Positions 9,124 to 19,157 of a DNA stretch of 27,514 nt are shown one piece after another. The stretch's first letter is position 1, and every line of letters begins with the position of its first letter. A model generated the notes under the pieces. It did no database searches and was not told the origin of the DNA. It saw nothing but the letters and a program-made list of their open reading frames with translations. Origin of the DNA: Candidatus Cloacimonadota bacterium (lineage in GTDB: Bacteria > Cloacimonadota > Cloacimonadia > Cloacimonadales > PWNZ01); assembly GCA_003564135.1 (NCBI GenBank), contig PWNZ01000256.1, positions 1 to 27,514 of the forward strand, in the 5' to 3' direction. A program made the translations under genes and the position numbers.

Positions 9124-9681
9124 ATGGCCTGGATAAAAACAATTAATGAGGATGAAGCAACCCAAGAACTAAAGATCATATACGATAACATAACCAAGGG
9201 AAGAGGGCGAGTTTCAAACATCCTTAAGACACACAGCCTCAAACCACATACTATGCAGACTCACCTCGACCTGTATATGTCGATTATGTTCAGTAAATCA
9301 AAACTGTCGAGAGAAAAGCAGGAAATGGTCGCTACAGTCGTGTCGTTGGCAAATAAGTGTCCCTACTGCATTAATCATCATGTCGAAGCGTTGAATCATT
9401 ATTGGAAGAGTAATGAAAAAGTCGAAATGTTCTGCAAAGATTACAGGAAGCTTGAGCTGGGTGCGAAAGAATCAGCTATGCTCGAATACTCCAAGAAGCT
9501 GACCCTGAAGCAGCATGACATGACTGAAGATGATATAAATAAACTACGAGATGTAGGTTTCGAAGATGAAGAGATTTTATCCATTAATCTAATCGCTTCT
9601 TATTTTAACTTTGTCAACAGGATTGCGCTTGGGTTAGGCGTTGAGTTCACTGAGCACGAGAAAAAGGGGTACAAGTATTGA
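9124..9681 (+). CDS. Carboxymuconolactone decarboxylase (AhpD-like) family peroxidase-related protein
   Basis: The CPYCINHH motif (CxxC-x-H) is typical of the AhpD/CMD family. I chose the start at ATG 9124 rather than the six-frame ORF start (9010) because of the RBS GAAGGAGAAG 6 nt upstream. TGA stop. Confidence 0.7.
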   Translation: MAWIKTINEDEATQELKIIYDNITKGRGRVSNILKTHSLKPHTMQTHLDLYMSIMFSKSKLSREKQEMVATVVSLANKCPYCINHHVEALNHYWKSNEKVEMFCKDYRKLELGAKESAMLEYSKKLTLKQHDMTEDDINKLRDVGFEDEEILSINLIASYFNFVNRIALGLGVEFTEHEKKGYKY

Positions 9682-9715
9682 ATCTGAGCAATTTATAGTT
9701 ATTATGCATTGCTGG

Positions 9716-10085
9716 CCTGTAAGACAGGAGTTTCTATGTTTAAAATTGATTTACCAGTTATCAATTACCAGTGGTTCCGGAACGCTGACTTTCAGTCGGC
9801 TGGCACGCCGGCTTTAGCCGGTAATTTAATCATCCCCTCGGGTGTCTTCATTATTCATTCTTCATTCTTCATTCTCGCAGTCATGGACGTTTACTATGTT
9901 TAAAATTGATTTTCAGCCTCCGAGAACACCGAAAAAAGCACCGAATAATGGCCTTCACAGCTGACTCTCGTCTCTTTCGTTAATGTTATAATTATTAGCT
10001 CGGGTGTCATCATATTTTGTTCATTGTTCTTGGTTCATTGTTCTTCGTTGAGGCTGTCATGGACGTTTACTATAATGCATTTCTG
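9716..10085. repeat. Diverged tandem duplication (periods about 160 and 176 bp, 2.2 copies) carrying TTCAT/TCTTCAT-type microsatellites in the dxs upstream region
   Basis: Anchors repeat as ctatgtttaaaattgattt (9734, 9894) and gtcatggacgtttactat (9880, 10056). The tcgggtgtc(t/a)tcat... ttcattSttc blocks repeat at 9836-9876 and 9998-10050. Confidence 0.8.
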
Positions 10086-10188
10086 GAGGCCCGGATCTAG
10101 GCTTCACTGCAAATTTTCGATTAATGGTTGACATCAACACCTTAAATTAAGAAGATATAAAAAAATAGCTGTTGCAAGGTTGAAAGTA

Positions 10189-12084
10189 ATGTTATTATCC
10201 AATATAAAAGGCCCTGAAGACGTAAGAAGTCTTGGAATAAATCAATTAAGTGAATTAGCTGACGAAGTTCGTCACAGAATAATCGAGGTAACTTCTAAAA
10301 CCGGCGGACATTTATCACCCAGTTTGGGTGCTGCAGATATCGCGATAGCAGTCCTCAAGGTTTTTGACCCTCTGATTAATCGTATTGTATGGGACGTAGG
10401 ACACCAGTCTTATGCTTATAAAATCTTGACGGGGAGAAATGAACAGTTTGATACTTTGAGGCAATATGGGGGCATAAGTGGGTTTAATAATATATTCGAA
10501 AGCGAATATGACGGATTTGGCGTTGGTCATAGCAGTACATCGATTTCAGCTGCTTTAGGGATTGCTGTAGCCGAAAGTATGAAAGGAAACAACGAAAAGA
10601 TGATTGCCATTATCGGAGACGGTGCATTAACCGGTGGCATGTCATTCGAAGCTCTCAACCATGCCGGTCATTTACAGAAAGAAATACTAGTCATTCTTAA
10701 TGATAACACCATGTCTATCTCAAAAAATGTGGGTGCATTACAAAACTATCTATCCGGAATGCTGGTTAGCAAGTCCTACAACTCATTAAAAAAACAGATT
10801 TGGGAACTGTCTGACACCCATCTTCCCTCAAAAATAAGAAGTACGTTTCTTTATGGCGCAAAAAAAATTGAAGAGAGTGTACTTAACATATTGATCCCCA
10901 ACATAATATTTGAAGATCTCGGTTTCAAATATGTAGGGCCTATAGATGGGCATAATATCCCACGGATGGTTAAGATTTTTAAGAATGTTAAGAACAATAT
11001 GGTAGGTCCTGTCTTTGTACACGTAATAACCCAAAAAGGTAAAGGGTGCTGTTTTGCCGAGAAAGACTGCACTAAATATCATGGGTTAGGCCCCTATTCT
11101 CAAAAGACAGGTGAGGTTAAGAAGAGTAGTTCCACCTCCTATTCTAAGTTTTTTGGTCAAACCCTATGTGATTTGGCCAGTAAAAATGAAAAAATCGTCG
11201 CAATTACTGCTGCAATGAGCGAAGGAACAGGTCTTAGCATCTTTGAGGAAAAATATCCAGACCGCTTTTTTGATGTTGGTATTGCCGAACAGCATAGTGT
11301 CACCTTTGCCGGAGGATTAGCCTTGAGAGGGTTCAAGCCATTCGTAGCTGTTTATTCAACCTTCATGCAAAGAGCGCTCGATCAAATCATCCATGACATA
11401 GCCTTACAGAAGATACCGGTCGTGTTTTGTTTGGACAGAGCCGGATTAGTTGGCGAAGACGGAGCCACTCATCATGGTGCATATGACTTGTCATTTTTAA
11501 ACTTTGTGCCCAACTTAGTCGTTATGGCTCCTACGTGTGCTGAAGAATTTGCAATGATGCTTGCTTTTGCAGCAGAGTATCAAGATGGACCGGTAGCTAT
11601 CCGATATCCTAGAGGTGGAGTTAAATATAGGGGTGAACCGATACCCCCATTGCAGCTAGGTAGTTCTGAAGTATTGGACAGTTGTGGAGATGAAAATCAG
11701 GCGTCGAAGAAGTCAATTGCTCTTTTGGGTATCGGCTCAGGTTTTAATCTAGCCCACCAAATATCTCAAGAGCTTGATGGTAAAGATGTACGGACTATCC
11801 CGATTAATGCTCGCTTCCTCAAACCAATGGATACTGAGATGCTGAAAAAGCTGACAGATAAAGTCGATACCGTGATTACAATAGAGGAAAACTCATTAAA
11901 GGGAGGCTTTGGCAGTACTATCAGTTCCTTTATGTCATCATATAAAATACCGGTTTTCTCTTATGGAATCCCTGATAAGTTCATACCTCATGGTGCGACT
12001 GACATACTGAAAGAAACTATTAGCTTGAATAAAGACAAGATATTAGCATCAATAAACGAAATCATTGCTGGTGAACAAGCGTAA
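10189..12084 (+). CDS. dxs: 1-deoxy-D-xylulose-5-phosphate synthase
   Basis: TGGHL, WDVGHQSYAYKILTGR, the TPP-binding GDGALTGGMSFEALNHAG motif, and transketolase-like central and C-terminal domains. I preferred start ATG 10189 (AAGG 10 nt upstream) over TTG 10180. Confidence 0.95.
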   Translation: MLLSNIKGPEDVRSLGINQLSELADEVRHRIIEVTSKTGGHLSPSLGAADIAIAVLKVFDPLINRIVWDVGHQSYAYKILTGRNEQFDTLRQYGGISGFNNIFESEYDGFGVGHSSTSISAALGIAVAESMKGNNEKMIAIIGDGALTGGMSFEALNHAGHLQKEILVILNDNTMSISKNVGALQNYLSGMLVSKSYNSLKKQIWELSDTHLPSKIRSTFLYGAKKIEESVLNILIPNIIFEDLGFKYVGPIDGHNIPRMVKIFKNVKNNMVGPVFVHVITQKGKGCCFAEKDCTKYHGLGPYSQKTGEVKKSSSTSYSKFFGQTLCDLASKNEKIVAITAAMSEGTGLSIFEEKYPDRFFDVGIAEQHSVTFAGGLALRGFKPFVAVYSTFMQRALDQIIHDIALQKIPVVFCLDRAGLVGEDGATHHGAYDLSFLNFVPNLVVMAPTCAEEFAMMLAFAAEYQDGPVAIRYPRGGVKYRGEPIPPLQLGSSEVLDSCGDENQASKKSIALLGIGSGFNLAHQISQELDGKDVRTIPINARFLKPMDTEMLKKLTDKVDTVITIEENSLKGGFGSTISSFMSSYKIPVFSYGIPDKFIPHGATDILKETISLNKDKILASINEIIAGEQA

Positions 12085-12181
12085 ACAGCATTTTATTCGA
12101 GGAATACTATAGTTTATATTTGTGGAAATAAGCCTTAGAGAATCTGCAGCCTAAAATAAATACCGGGTTTGAGTACTGCCT

Positions 12182-13588
12182 ATGATAAAGAAATTAAATG
12201 ATACTATAGTTGCCCTTGCCACGCCGTCTGGCAGAGGAGCTATTTCTGTTATTAGGATTAGTGGAAAAGATGCTTTCTGCTGCTTGGCCTCATGTTTTAG
12301 AGGTTTCTCTACAATAAAAAAGACCGAGGGCAGCACCAAAAAAGTCACAGTTAAAATAGCTGTCCCAACAATAAGAAAAAATAAAAAATTATATGGGGTG
12401 ATTTGTGATAAAGATGTGATTATTGACGAAGTTGTGGCCTTCGTGTTTGTAGCGCCTCATAGCTATACTGGCGAACATGTCGTCGAGCTGTCTTGTCATT
12501 GCAATTCATATATTATCAAACAGATACTAAGAGTATTATTAAAACAATCCAGATTAGCAGAACCGGGTGAATTTACCCAACGTGCTTTCATTAATAATAA
12601 AATCGACCTTATCCAAGCCGAGGCTGTCGCCGATCTTCTTAATGTTAAAACTGCCTCTTCACATCAAACAGCCATCCAGCAGTTAGAAGGCAAGCTCAGC
12701 AACCAGATAAATCAACTATTAGAAGAGCTTACCCGGCATAGAGTTAAGTTAGAAGTTGAGATTGATTTTACAGATCATGATATAATGGAATTAGATTTAG
12801 ACGACTTAAAAAAAGAGTTGAACAAGTATAAAGAAAAACTGGAAAGTCTTATTAAGAAAGGTAAAGAAGGCAGGATCATCAGAGAAGGAATAACCGTTTG
12901 TTTAGCGGGGCCGCCTAACGTAGGTAAGTCAAGCATCTTCAACGCTTTATTGGAGTCTTCCCGAGCTATAGTAACTGATCAGCCCGGTACGACGAGGGAC
13001 TATTTGGAGGAGACGCTGGCGATTGAAGGTTACTTAGTTAATCTGATCGATACTGCCGGATTGAGAGAGTCGCATAATCAACCCGAAGCCATAGGCATTG
13101 ATAAGAGTCTAGAATTAATGATTCAGGCCGAAAAGATCTTATATGTTGAAGACTACATCACCCGAAAAGGATCTAATAATAATTGGCTGGAAGAAAGGTA
13201 TAGTGATAAGATCATAAAGATACTTAACAAGGCGGATATTTTGGATGAAATAATTATCAGTAGCTATGAATCACAAGGATACATTCCGGTATCCGCTAAA
13301 ACAGCTCAAGGGTTGGACAAGATAAAGGAAACAGTTGTTGACGTGTTCCACCTATCAAAAAAAGATATTGACCAAGGAGTTCTTTCAAATATAAGACAGA
13401 TCCAAGCAGTAGAAAATTCTGTGGCAGCAGTGAGCAAAGCCATAGTTGCCATTGAAATGAATCTCGGGATTGAGTTTATAGCGTTTGATTTGAAAGTAGC
13501 GAGTGAATATTTAGAGGGAATAATCGGGAAAGTAACTGATGACGATATTCTCAACAGAATTTTTGCCGATTTTTGTGTTGGTAAATAG
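12182..13588 (+). CDS. mnmE: tRNA modification GTPase MnmE (TrmE)
   Basis: N-terminal DTIVALATPSGRGAISVIRISG, a G-domain (GPPNVGKSS, DTAG) and the conserved C-terminal CxGK (FCVGK) immediately before a TAG stop. Confidence 0.9.
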   Translation: MIKKLNDTIVALATPSGRGAISVIRISGKDAFCCLASCFRGFSTIKKTEGSTKKVTVKIAVPTIRKNKKLYGVICDKDVIIDEVVAFVFVAPHSYTGEHVVELSCHCNSYIIKQILRVLLKQSRLAEPGEFTQRAFINNKIDLIQAEAVADLLNVKTASSHQTAIQQLEGKLSNQINQLLEELTRHRVKLEVEIDFTDHDIMELDLDDLKKELNKYKEKLESLIKKGKEGRIIREGITVCLAGPPNVGKSSIFNALLESSRAIVTDQPGTTRDYLEETLAIEGYLVNLIDTAGLRESHNQPEAIGIDKSLELMIQAEKILYVEDYITRKGSNNNWLEERYSDKIIKILNKADILDEIIISSYESQGYIPVSAKTAQGLDKIKETVVDVFHLSKKDIDQGVLSNIRQIQAVENSVAAVSKAIVAIEMNLGIEFIAFDLKVASEYLEGIIGKVTDDDILNRIFADFCVGK

Positions 13589-13617
13589 AACCTTGAATAT
13601 TGATAACGGAGAGTGTT

Positions 13618-14637
13618 ATGGATAGAATTATATCACCGGTTGAATTGAAAGCTGAAGCAGATTTTGATAGGACTTTGCGACCGAAATCATTGGCAGAGTT
13701 CACCGGCCAGAAGAAGATTAAGGATATTCTGGAAATAGCCATCGAGGCAACCAAGAGAAGAGGCGAGCCATTAGACCATATTCTTTTCTTTGGGCCTCCC
13801 GGCTTAGGGAAAACAACTTTAGCTCACATTGTTGCTTCACAGTTAGAAGTAGAGCTAAAAGTCAGCTCGGGCCCGGTTTTAGAGAAACCATCAGATCTTA
13901 CTGGTCTATTAACTAATCTACAGCGCAATGATAATCTTTTTATTGATGAGATTCATAGGCTTAATCATGTGGTGGAGGAATACCTTTATCCCGCTATAGA
14001 AGATTTTCGACTGGAGATTATCATCGATAGTGGCCCAAATGCCAGATCTTTCAGGATTGACTTAGAGCCTTTTACTTTGGTAGGCGCTACCACTCGAGCA
14101 GGGCTTTTAACTGCCCCGTTAAGAGCCAGATTTGGAATAACTTTGAGGTTGGATTATTACGACACAAAAAGCATAGAAACTATAATAGGTCGATCTGCTA
14201 AATTATTAAATGTACCTATAGATGGAGCAGGGAGATTGGAAATTGCCAAACGAAGCAGGGGTACACCCCGAGTTGCAAACAGGTTGTTAAGAAGGGTGAG
14301 GGACTATGCACAGGTCAAAGCTGATGGGTCAATAAATGCAGATATAGCCGTTAAGGCTCTTAAGATGTTAGATGTAGACCACGCAGGCCTTGATGAAATG
14401 GACAAGCGGCTCCTGTTGTCGATAATCGAAAACTATCAAGGTGGACCTGTAGGAGTAAAAACTTTGGCTGTAGCAGTAGGCGAAGATACGGGTACCATAG
14501 AAGAAATTTATGAGCCATATCTAGTTCAACAAGGATTCTTGGATAGGACACCTCAGGGACGTAGAGCTACCCATAAAGCTTATAAACACTTCGGTATGGA
14601 AAAAGTGCAAGAGCAGCCTTCCATCGAATTTGAATAA
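13618..14637 (+). CDS. ruvB: Holliday junction branch migration ATPase RuvB
   Basis: Walker A (GPPGLGKTT), sensor motifs and a winged-helix C-terminus, highly collinear with RuvB. I chose ATG 13618 with GGAGAG upstream. An in-frame TTG at 13600 is an alternative start. Confidence 0.95.
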   Translation: MDRIISPVELKAEADFDRTLRPKSLAEFTGQKKIKDILEIAIEATKRRGEPLDHILFFGPPGLGKTTLAHIVASQLEVELKVSSGPVLEKPSDLTGLLTNLQRNDNLFIDEIHRLNHVVEEYLYPAIEDFRLEIIIDSGPNARSFRIDLEPFTLVGATTRAGLLTAPLRARFGITLRLDYYDTKSIETIIGRSAKLLNVPIDGAGRLEIAKRSRGTPRVANRLLRRVRDYAQVKADGSINADIAVKALKMLDVDHAGLDEMDKRLLLSIIENYQGGPVGVKTLAVAVGEDTGTIEEIYEPYLVQQGFLDRTPQGRRATHKAYKHFGMEKVQEQPSIEFE

Positions 14638-14716
14638 AGAGCTAGCAAATAATCACTTGACTTGTGATGATAAATTCTAAAGGGTTCAATCAAGTGAAAA
14701 TATTAGGAGAAATTAA

Positions 14717-15934
14717 GTGAAAATAGCGAATGTAGTTACTACGATAGTATTAGTCATGATAATAAACCTGCTGTTTTACCAATTATCTAACAGCAGTAAT
14801 ACTCAAGGACACGGGCTGGAAACGGATAGACCTACTCGCCACAGGATAAAAGTAGATTCGATTGAAGAAATTGACATGGAGACTATTGTTGCTCAAGAAA
14901 GCAGACATAGAACAGATAGTGAGTATCAAGCCCGGAGAAATAATGCCGTCACAGAAGCGGTAATGCACACAGAGCCATCCGTAGTTAGCATTAATGTTAT
15001 TAAAACGCAGGTTGTGCGTCGTTCGACGAATCCTTTCGATAATCCATTTTTCGGATTTTTTCACTATAGACCTTACCGCCGAGAGGTGCAAAGTATAGGC
15101 TCGGGTTTTATATACAACGAGGATGGGTATATTGTTACTAATGCCCATGTGGTAGAAGGAGCAACAGAGATAAAAGTTATATTAAATGATGGTAGTCAGC
15201 ACGAAGCAGAGATAACCGGTAAAGACAGTGTCCTTGATATAGCCGTTTTACAGATAGACCATAGTGGCTATCTGCCTGTAATCAATCTCGGAGACTCTGA
15301 AGATCTCATATTAGGCGAGACAACTATTGCCATAGGAAACCCGTATGCTTTTTTAATCAAAGATAGTAAGCCAAGTGTTTCGGTGGGAGTTGTTTCGGCC
15401 ATAAACAGGAATTTTTCCCAGGATTCCGGAGGAAAGATATACCAAGGAATGGTGCAAACTGATGCCGCAATTAATCCCGGCAACAGTGGAGGCCCTTTAA
15501 TAAATATTTTGGGTGAAGCGATAGGGATGAATACATTTATTTTTTCCGAATCAGGTGGAAGTATCGGTGTTGGCTTTGCTATACCGATTAACAGAGTTAA
15601 GATGATCACCGAAGAGATAATTGAATACGGAAGAAGAAGACAAATATGGTTTGGATTCAGGATTCAGGATTTGAATCCGATGATAGCTTCCTACTTGCAG
15701 TTAGAAGACCTTAATGGAGTGATCGTTAGTTATGTCGACGATAACAGCCCTGCGGTTGCTGCCGGACTAAGAAGAGGCGATATAATAGTTAGGATAAATC
15801 AGCACCAAATCAACAATGCCAATGAAGCAGAAATAGCGACTTTGGAGTTCTCAATTGGTGATGAGATAGAACTGGAAATAATCAGAAATACCAGAGGAGA
15901 AATCATTAGGTTTCCTGCGGTTGAATCACAATAA
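14717..15934 (+). CDS. HtrA/DegP-like trypsin-fold serine protease with C-terminal PDZ domain
   Basis: Catalytic-triad context (TNAHVV, DIAVLQI, GNSGGPL) and PDZ-like C-terminal residues. GTG start at 14717 with RBS AGGAGA 6 nt upstream. N-terminal TM or signal segment. Confidence 0.85.
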   Translation: MKIANVVTTIVLVMIINLLFYQLSNSSNTQGHGLETDRPTRHRIKVDSIEEIDMETIVAQESRHRTDSEYQARRNNAVTEAVMHTEPSVVSINVIKTQVVRRSTNPFDNPFFGFFHYRPYRREVQSIGSGFIYNEDGYIVTNAHVVEGATEIKVILNDGSQHEAEITGKDSVLDIAVLQIDHSGYLPVINLGDSEDLILGETTIAIGNPYAFLIKDSKPSVSVGVVSAINRNFSQDSGGKIYQGMVQTDAAINPGNSGGPLINILGEAIGMNTFIFSESGGSIGVGFAIPINRVKMITEEIIEYGRRRQIWFGFRIQDLNPMIASYLQLEDLNGVIVSYVDDNSPAVAAGLRRGDIIVRINQHQINNANEAEIATLEFSIGDEIELEIIRNTRGEIIRFPAVESQ

Positions 15935-15976
15935 TATCTATAGGAATTGAAACTAAGCGATTGAGGTGTATTAAGG

Positions 15977-16663
15977 ATGGGAAAGAGCAAAGAAGAGTTC
16001 CAAATGGATAATTTGCTGGAGAAACACGGTGTTTCTTCTCAGCTAACAGAGTATTTTCTTATTGATACTCCGGACAAAGAAGCTAAGTTAGACTACCGGT
16101 TAGTTTTCGGCAACAATAACCCGGTTGTAATGGAGATTGGAAGTGGTAGAGGCGAGCTAATCTATCAATTGTCGAAGCTTAATCCCAAGGTGAATTATTT
16201 AGGAGTTGAATTATCGGCTAAGCGAATTGTTACTATGCTAAAAAGGTTTGATCCGAATGTGAATTCCAACATTAGATTGATTAAAGCGAAAGTTGATTCT
16301 GGTTTCCTGAGTTGTTTTCCTCATAGAGGACTTGCTCAAGCAATTATTCTCCATCCGGACCCGTGGCCGAAAAGACGACACCATAAAAAAAGGTTGATCA
16401 ATGAAGTATTTATCGAATGTTTAGCCAATCTCATAATTAATGATGGAGAGGTCTACGTCTCTACCGATCATAGAAGTTATGCAGAGGCAATCCTCAAATG
16501 CTTTAACCAGCATGACAAATATTCACCAGTGTATTCTGACGGTTATCGTAGAGTTCCTTTCTGGGATGAATTGCCCACCTATTTCGAACAAAAAATGAAA
16601 AAAGAGGGCTATACACCTTATTACATGAGGTATGTAGTTCTCAGCGGCAAAGAAGACTCTTAA
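15977..16663 (+). CDS. trmB: tRNA (guanine46-N7)-methyltransferase
   Basis: SAM-binding EIGSGRGE and the TrmB signature HPDPWPKRRHHKKRL. Confidence 0.9.
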   Translation: MGKSKEEFQMDNLLEKHGVSSQLTEYFLIDTPDKEAKLDYRLVFGNNNPVVMEIGSGRGELIYQLSKLNPKVNYLGVELSAKRIVTMLKRFDPNVNSNIRLIKAKVDSGFLSCFPHRGLAQAIILHPDPWPKRRHHKKRLINEVFIECLANLIINDGEVYVSTDHRSYAEAILKCFNQHDKYSPVYSDGYRRVPFWDELPTYFEQKMKKEGYTPYYMRYVVLSGKEDS

Positions 16664-16752
16664 CCTAAACAGGGACTCGTATATGCTCTTTATTGCAACG
16701 GGTTAACAATGCCTTTTATGATTTTTTTATCGCTAAAATTTGAGGATAGCTT

Positions 16753-17952
16753 ATGTCATTAACATTACAAGACATATTCGGCCAAAGTAATAGGATTTAC
16801 GAAGAGGGGCTTTCACAATATGCTTGCCGTCAAAATCAAGCCTACAGATTGAAAAGCGAGCCCGAAAACCGACTCCGTTCGGACTTTGCGGTGGATCGTG
16901 ACCGCATTTTATACAGTGGTGCTTATCGCCGCTATCAAGGCAAAACTCAAGTTTTTTCTTTCACAAATATGATCGATGAAGAGATGACCAATCGCAGCCT
17001 TCACACTACCTATGTTTCACAAATTGCCCGCAGTATCGGAAAAGTTCTCAGGCTTAACTTAGAGCTAATAGAAGCGATTGCATTAGGGCACGATCTGGGG
17101 CACACACCTTTCGGGCATGAAGGAGAACGAGCATTAGACCTATGTTGCAAAAAACATAGTATCGGCAGGTTTAAACATAACGTTTCCAGTTTATATATTG
17201 TAGATCATATTACGAAAAGAGGTGAAGGCTTGAACTTGACTTTCCAAGTAAGGGACGGGATTGTATCGCATGATGGCGAGACTCATAATAAGCTGCTAAA
17301 GCCAGATAGAGAAAAGAATGAGCAAGATATAAAAGACTATATCCAAAGCGTGAACCAAGGATTTAATTCCGGTCGTTTTGAACGCTCACCGGTAATTGAA
17401 GATCACAGTAAAAACAGTCAATGTTTACCTGCCACTTTAGAAGGATGTTTAGTAAGGGTATCCGATACTATAGCTTATATCGGCCAAGATATAGAAGATG
17501 CAATTAGGTTTAATATTCTCAAAAGGGAGCAACTTCCACCGCCGTGTGTCGAGTTTTTTGGCAATACAAACAGCGAGATTATTCACAAATTGATTACGGA
17601 TGTAATAACCCATAGCTATGAGAGGGATTATATCTCTTTGGGAGAGGAATCTTCACAGATGCTTTATATACTGAAAGATTTTAACTATAAGGAAATCTAC
17701 AGTAATCCTAAGATAAAAGCCTATCAGAAGAGAATCTTCTTTGCCATGGATTTATTGTTCGATAAATATCTCGATGATATCAGATTGGATAAACGGGAAT
17801 CGAAGTTTTTCAAACATTTTTTGTGCCATAAAAGCGATAGATACCTTGACAATTTCTCGGATCAAGAAAAGGCTCGTGACTTTATAGCGACTATGACCGA
17901 CAGGTATTTTAACGAGGAGATAAAAGATTATCTCATCCCTTGGAAATATTGA
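16753..17952 (+). CDS. dGTP triphosphohydrolase-like HD-domain protein
   Basis: The HD motif (HDLGHTPFGHEGE) and N-terminal DRDRILYSGAYRRYQGKTQ are typical of the dGTPase (Dgt) family. Confidence 0.8.
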   Translation: MSLTLQDIFGQSNRIYEEGLSQYACRQNQAYRLKSEPENRLRSDFAVDRDRILYSGAYRRYQGKTQVFSFTNMIDEEMTNRSLHTTYVSQIARSIGKVLRLNLELIEAIALGHDLGHTPFGHEGERALDLCCKKHSIGRFKHNVSSLYIVDHITKRGEGLNLTFQVRDGIVSHDGETHNKLLKPDREKNEQDIKDYIQSVNQGFNSGRFERSPVIEDHSKNSQCLPATLEGCLVRVSDTIAYIGQDIEDAIRFNILKREQLPPPCVEFFGNTNSEIIHKLITDVITHSYERDYISLGEESSQMLYILKDFNYKEIYSNPKIKAYQKRIFFAMDLLFDKYLDDIRLDKRESKFFKHFLCHKSDRYLDNFSDQEKARDFIATMTDRYFNEEIKDYLIPWKY

Positions 17953-18009
17953 TCAGGTCAAAATTGTCGGCCCGAAATTACTGAAAATATAGAAATAAAG
18001 GATAGAGTT

Positions 18010-19120
18010 ATGGAAAAAAATGAATTATTGCAATCTCTCGATCAGTTGAGTGACAAGCTAAAAGAAATCAGGAGGTATCTTTGATGTAGGTAAAGTAATA
18101 TCAAATCTTACCGACCTACAGACAAGAAGCAATCAGCCAGGATTCTGGAACGATCAAAGTCGTGCTCAAAAAATACTAAAAGAAATAAATTCTTATCAAG
18201 CTCAACTTGATAGAGATAATCATCTTTTAGAAATGCAAGAAGAGTTAGCTACTTATAAGGAGTTATTAGCTGAAGACGAAGCAGGAACCTTAGTACAAGA
18301 AGCCCTTAACAAGTTGCAAGAATACCGGAAGATTAGTGAAACTGTAGAAATTGAGTCTCTGCTAGGTCAAGAAACCGACCAAAATAGTGCTGTCCTGATA
18401 ATTCATCCGGGTGCAGGTGGTACCGAATCTCAGGACTGGGCGCAGATGCTTTATCGGATGTACACAAAATGGGCAGAAAGCAAAGGGTATAAAGCTTCAG
18501 TCGATGACTTGCAGCCCGGAGAAGAAGCAGGCATAAAAAGCGTTACTATGGAGATTGAAGGTGACTATGTTTACGGCTATTTAAAAGCCGAGATAGGAAT
18601 ACACCGCTTAGTAAGGATTTCGCCTTTTAATGCTCAAGGGAAACGACAGACGTCGTTCGCCTCGGTTTTTGTCTATCCGATCATTGACGAGACGATTGAA
18701 GTAGAAATAGATTCAAATGATCTCAAGATAGACACCTACAGAGCAAGTGGTGCAGGGGGACAGCATGTTAATACAACTGACTCTGCCATCAGGATTACTC
18801 ACCTACCTACGAACATTGTTGTCCAGTGCCAGAAAGAAAGGTCGCAAATGAAAAATAAAGGAACAGCTATGAAGCTTTTAAGAGCTAGACTTTATAAGCA
18901 TTATGAAGACATTAAAGAGAAAGAAAAACTAAAGATGGAGCAAACTAAAACCGAGATTGGTTGGGGGAATCAGATAAGGTCTTATGTTTTTCAGCCCTAT
19001 CAAATGGTTAAAGATCATCGTACAAACTATGAAGTGGGCAATACCGAGAAAATTATGGATGGAGATTTGGATGGGTTCATTTATGCTTATCTCAAGGAGG
19101 CCGTTAGGTCGGCAAATTAA
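18010..19120 (+). CDS. prfB: Peptide chain release factor 2, expressed through a programmed +1 ribosomal frameshift (frame 0 from 18010 to 18081, +1 frame from 18083)
   Basis: The frame-0 ORF MEKNELLQSLDQLSDKLKEIRRYL ends at TGA 18082-84 inside the canonical motif AGGAGG-TAT-CTT-TGA. The +1 frame continues into the 295-aa RF2 body with SPF and GGQ motifs (RISPFN, SGAGGQHVNTTDSA). Confidence 0.9.
18070..18084 (+). promoter_or_regulatory. prfB autoregulatory +1 frameshift site (internal SD AGGAGG, slippery CTT, in-frame TGA)
   Basis: The sequence aggaggtatctttga is directly visible, and its spacing is identical to the E. coli RF2 site. Confidence 0.85.
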
Positions 19121-19157
19121 AGCTTATACTTTTTAATGAAATATAAAGGTGAAGACT

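Noticed and set aside
9709-9903. 64-aa ORF in the dxs upstream region
   Set aside because: It lies entirely within the tandem repeat and microsatellite sequence, has no RBS, and its hydrophobic low-complexity translation is driven by the TTCATT repeats.
12182-13588. Unusual insertion in the MnmE N-terminal domain as a novel feature
   Set aside because: The extra length (about 15 aa) is within the normal lineage variation of MnmE. All catalytic motifs are intact.
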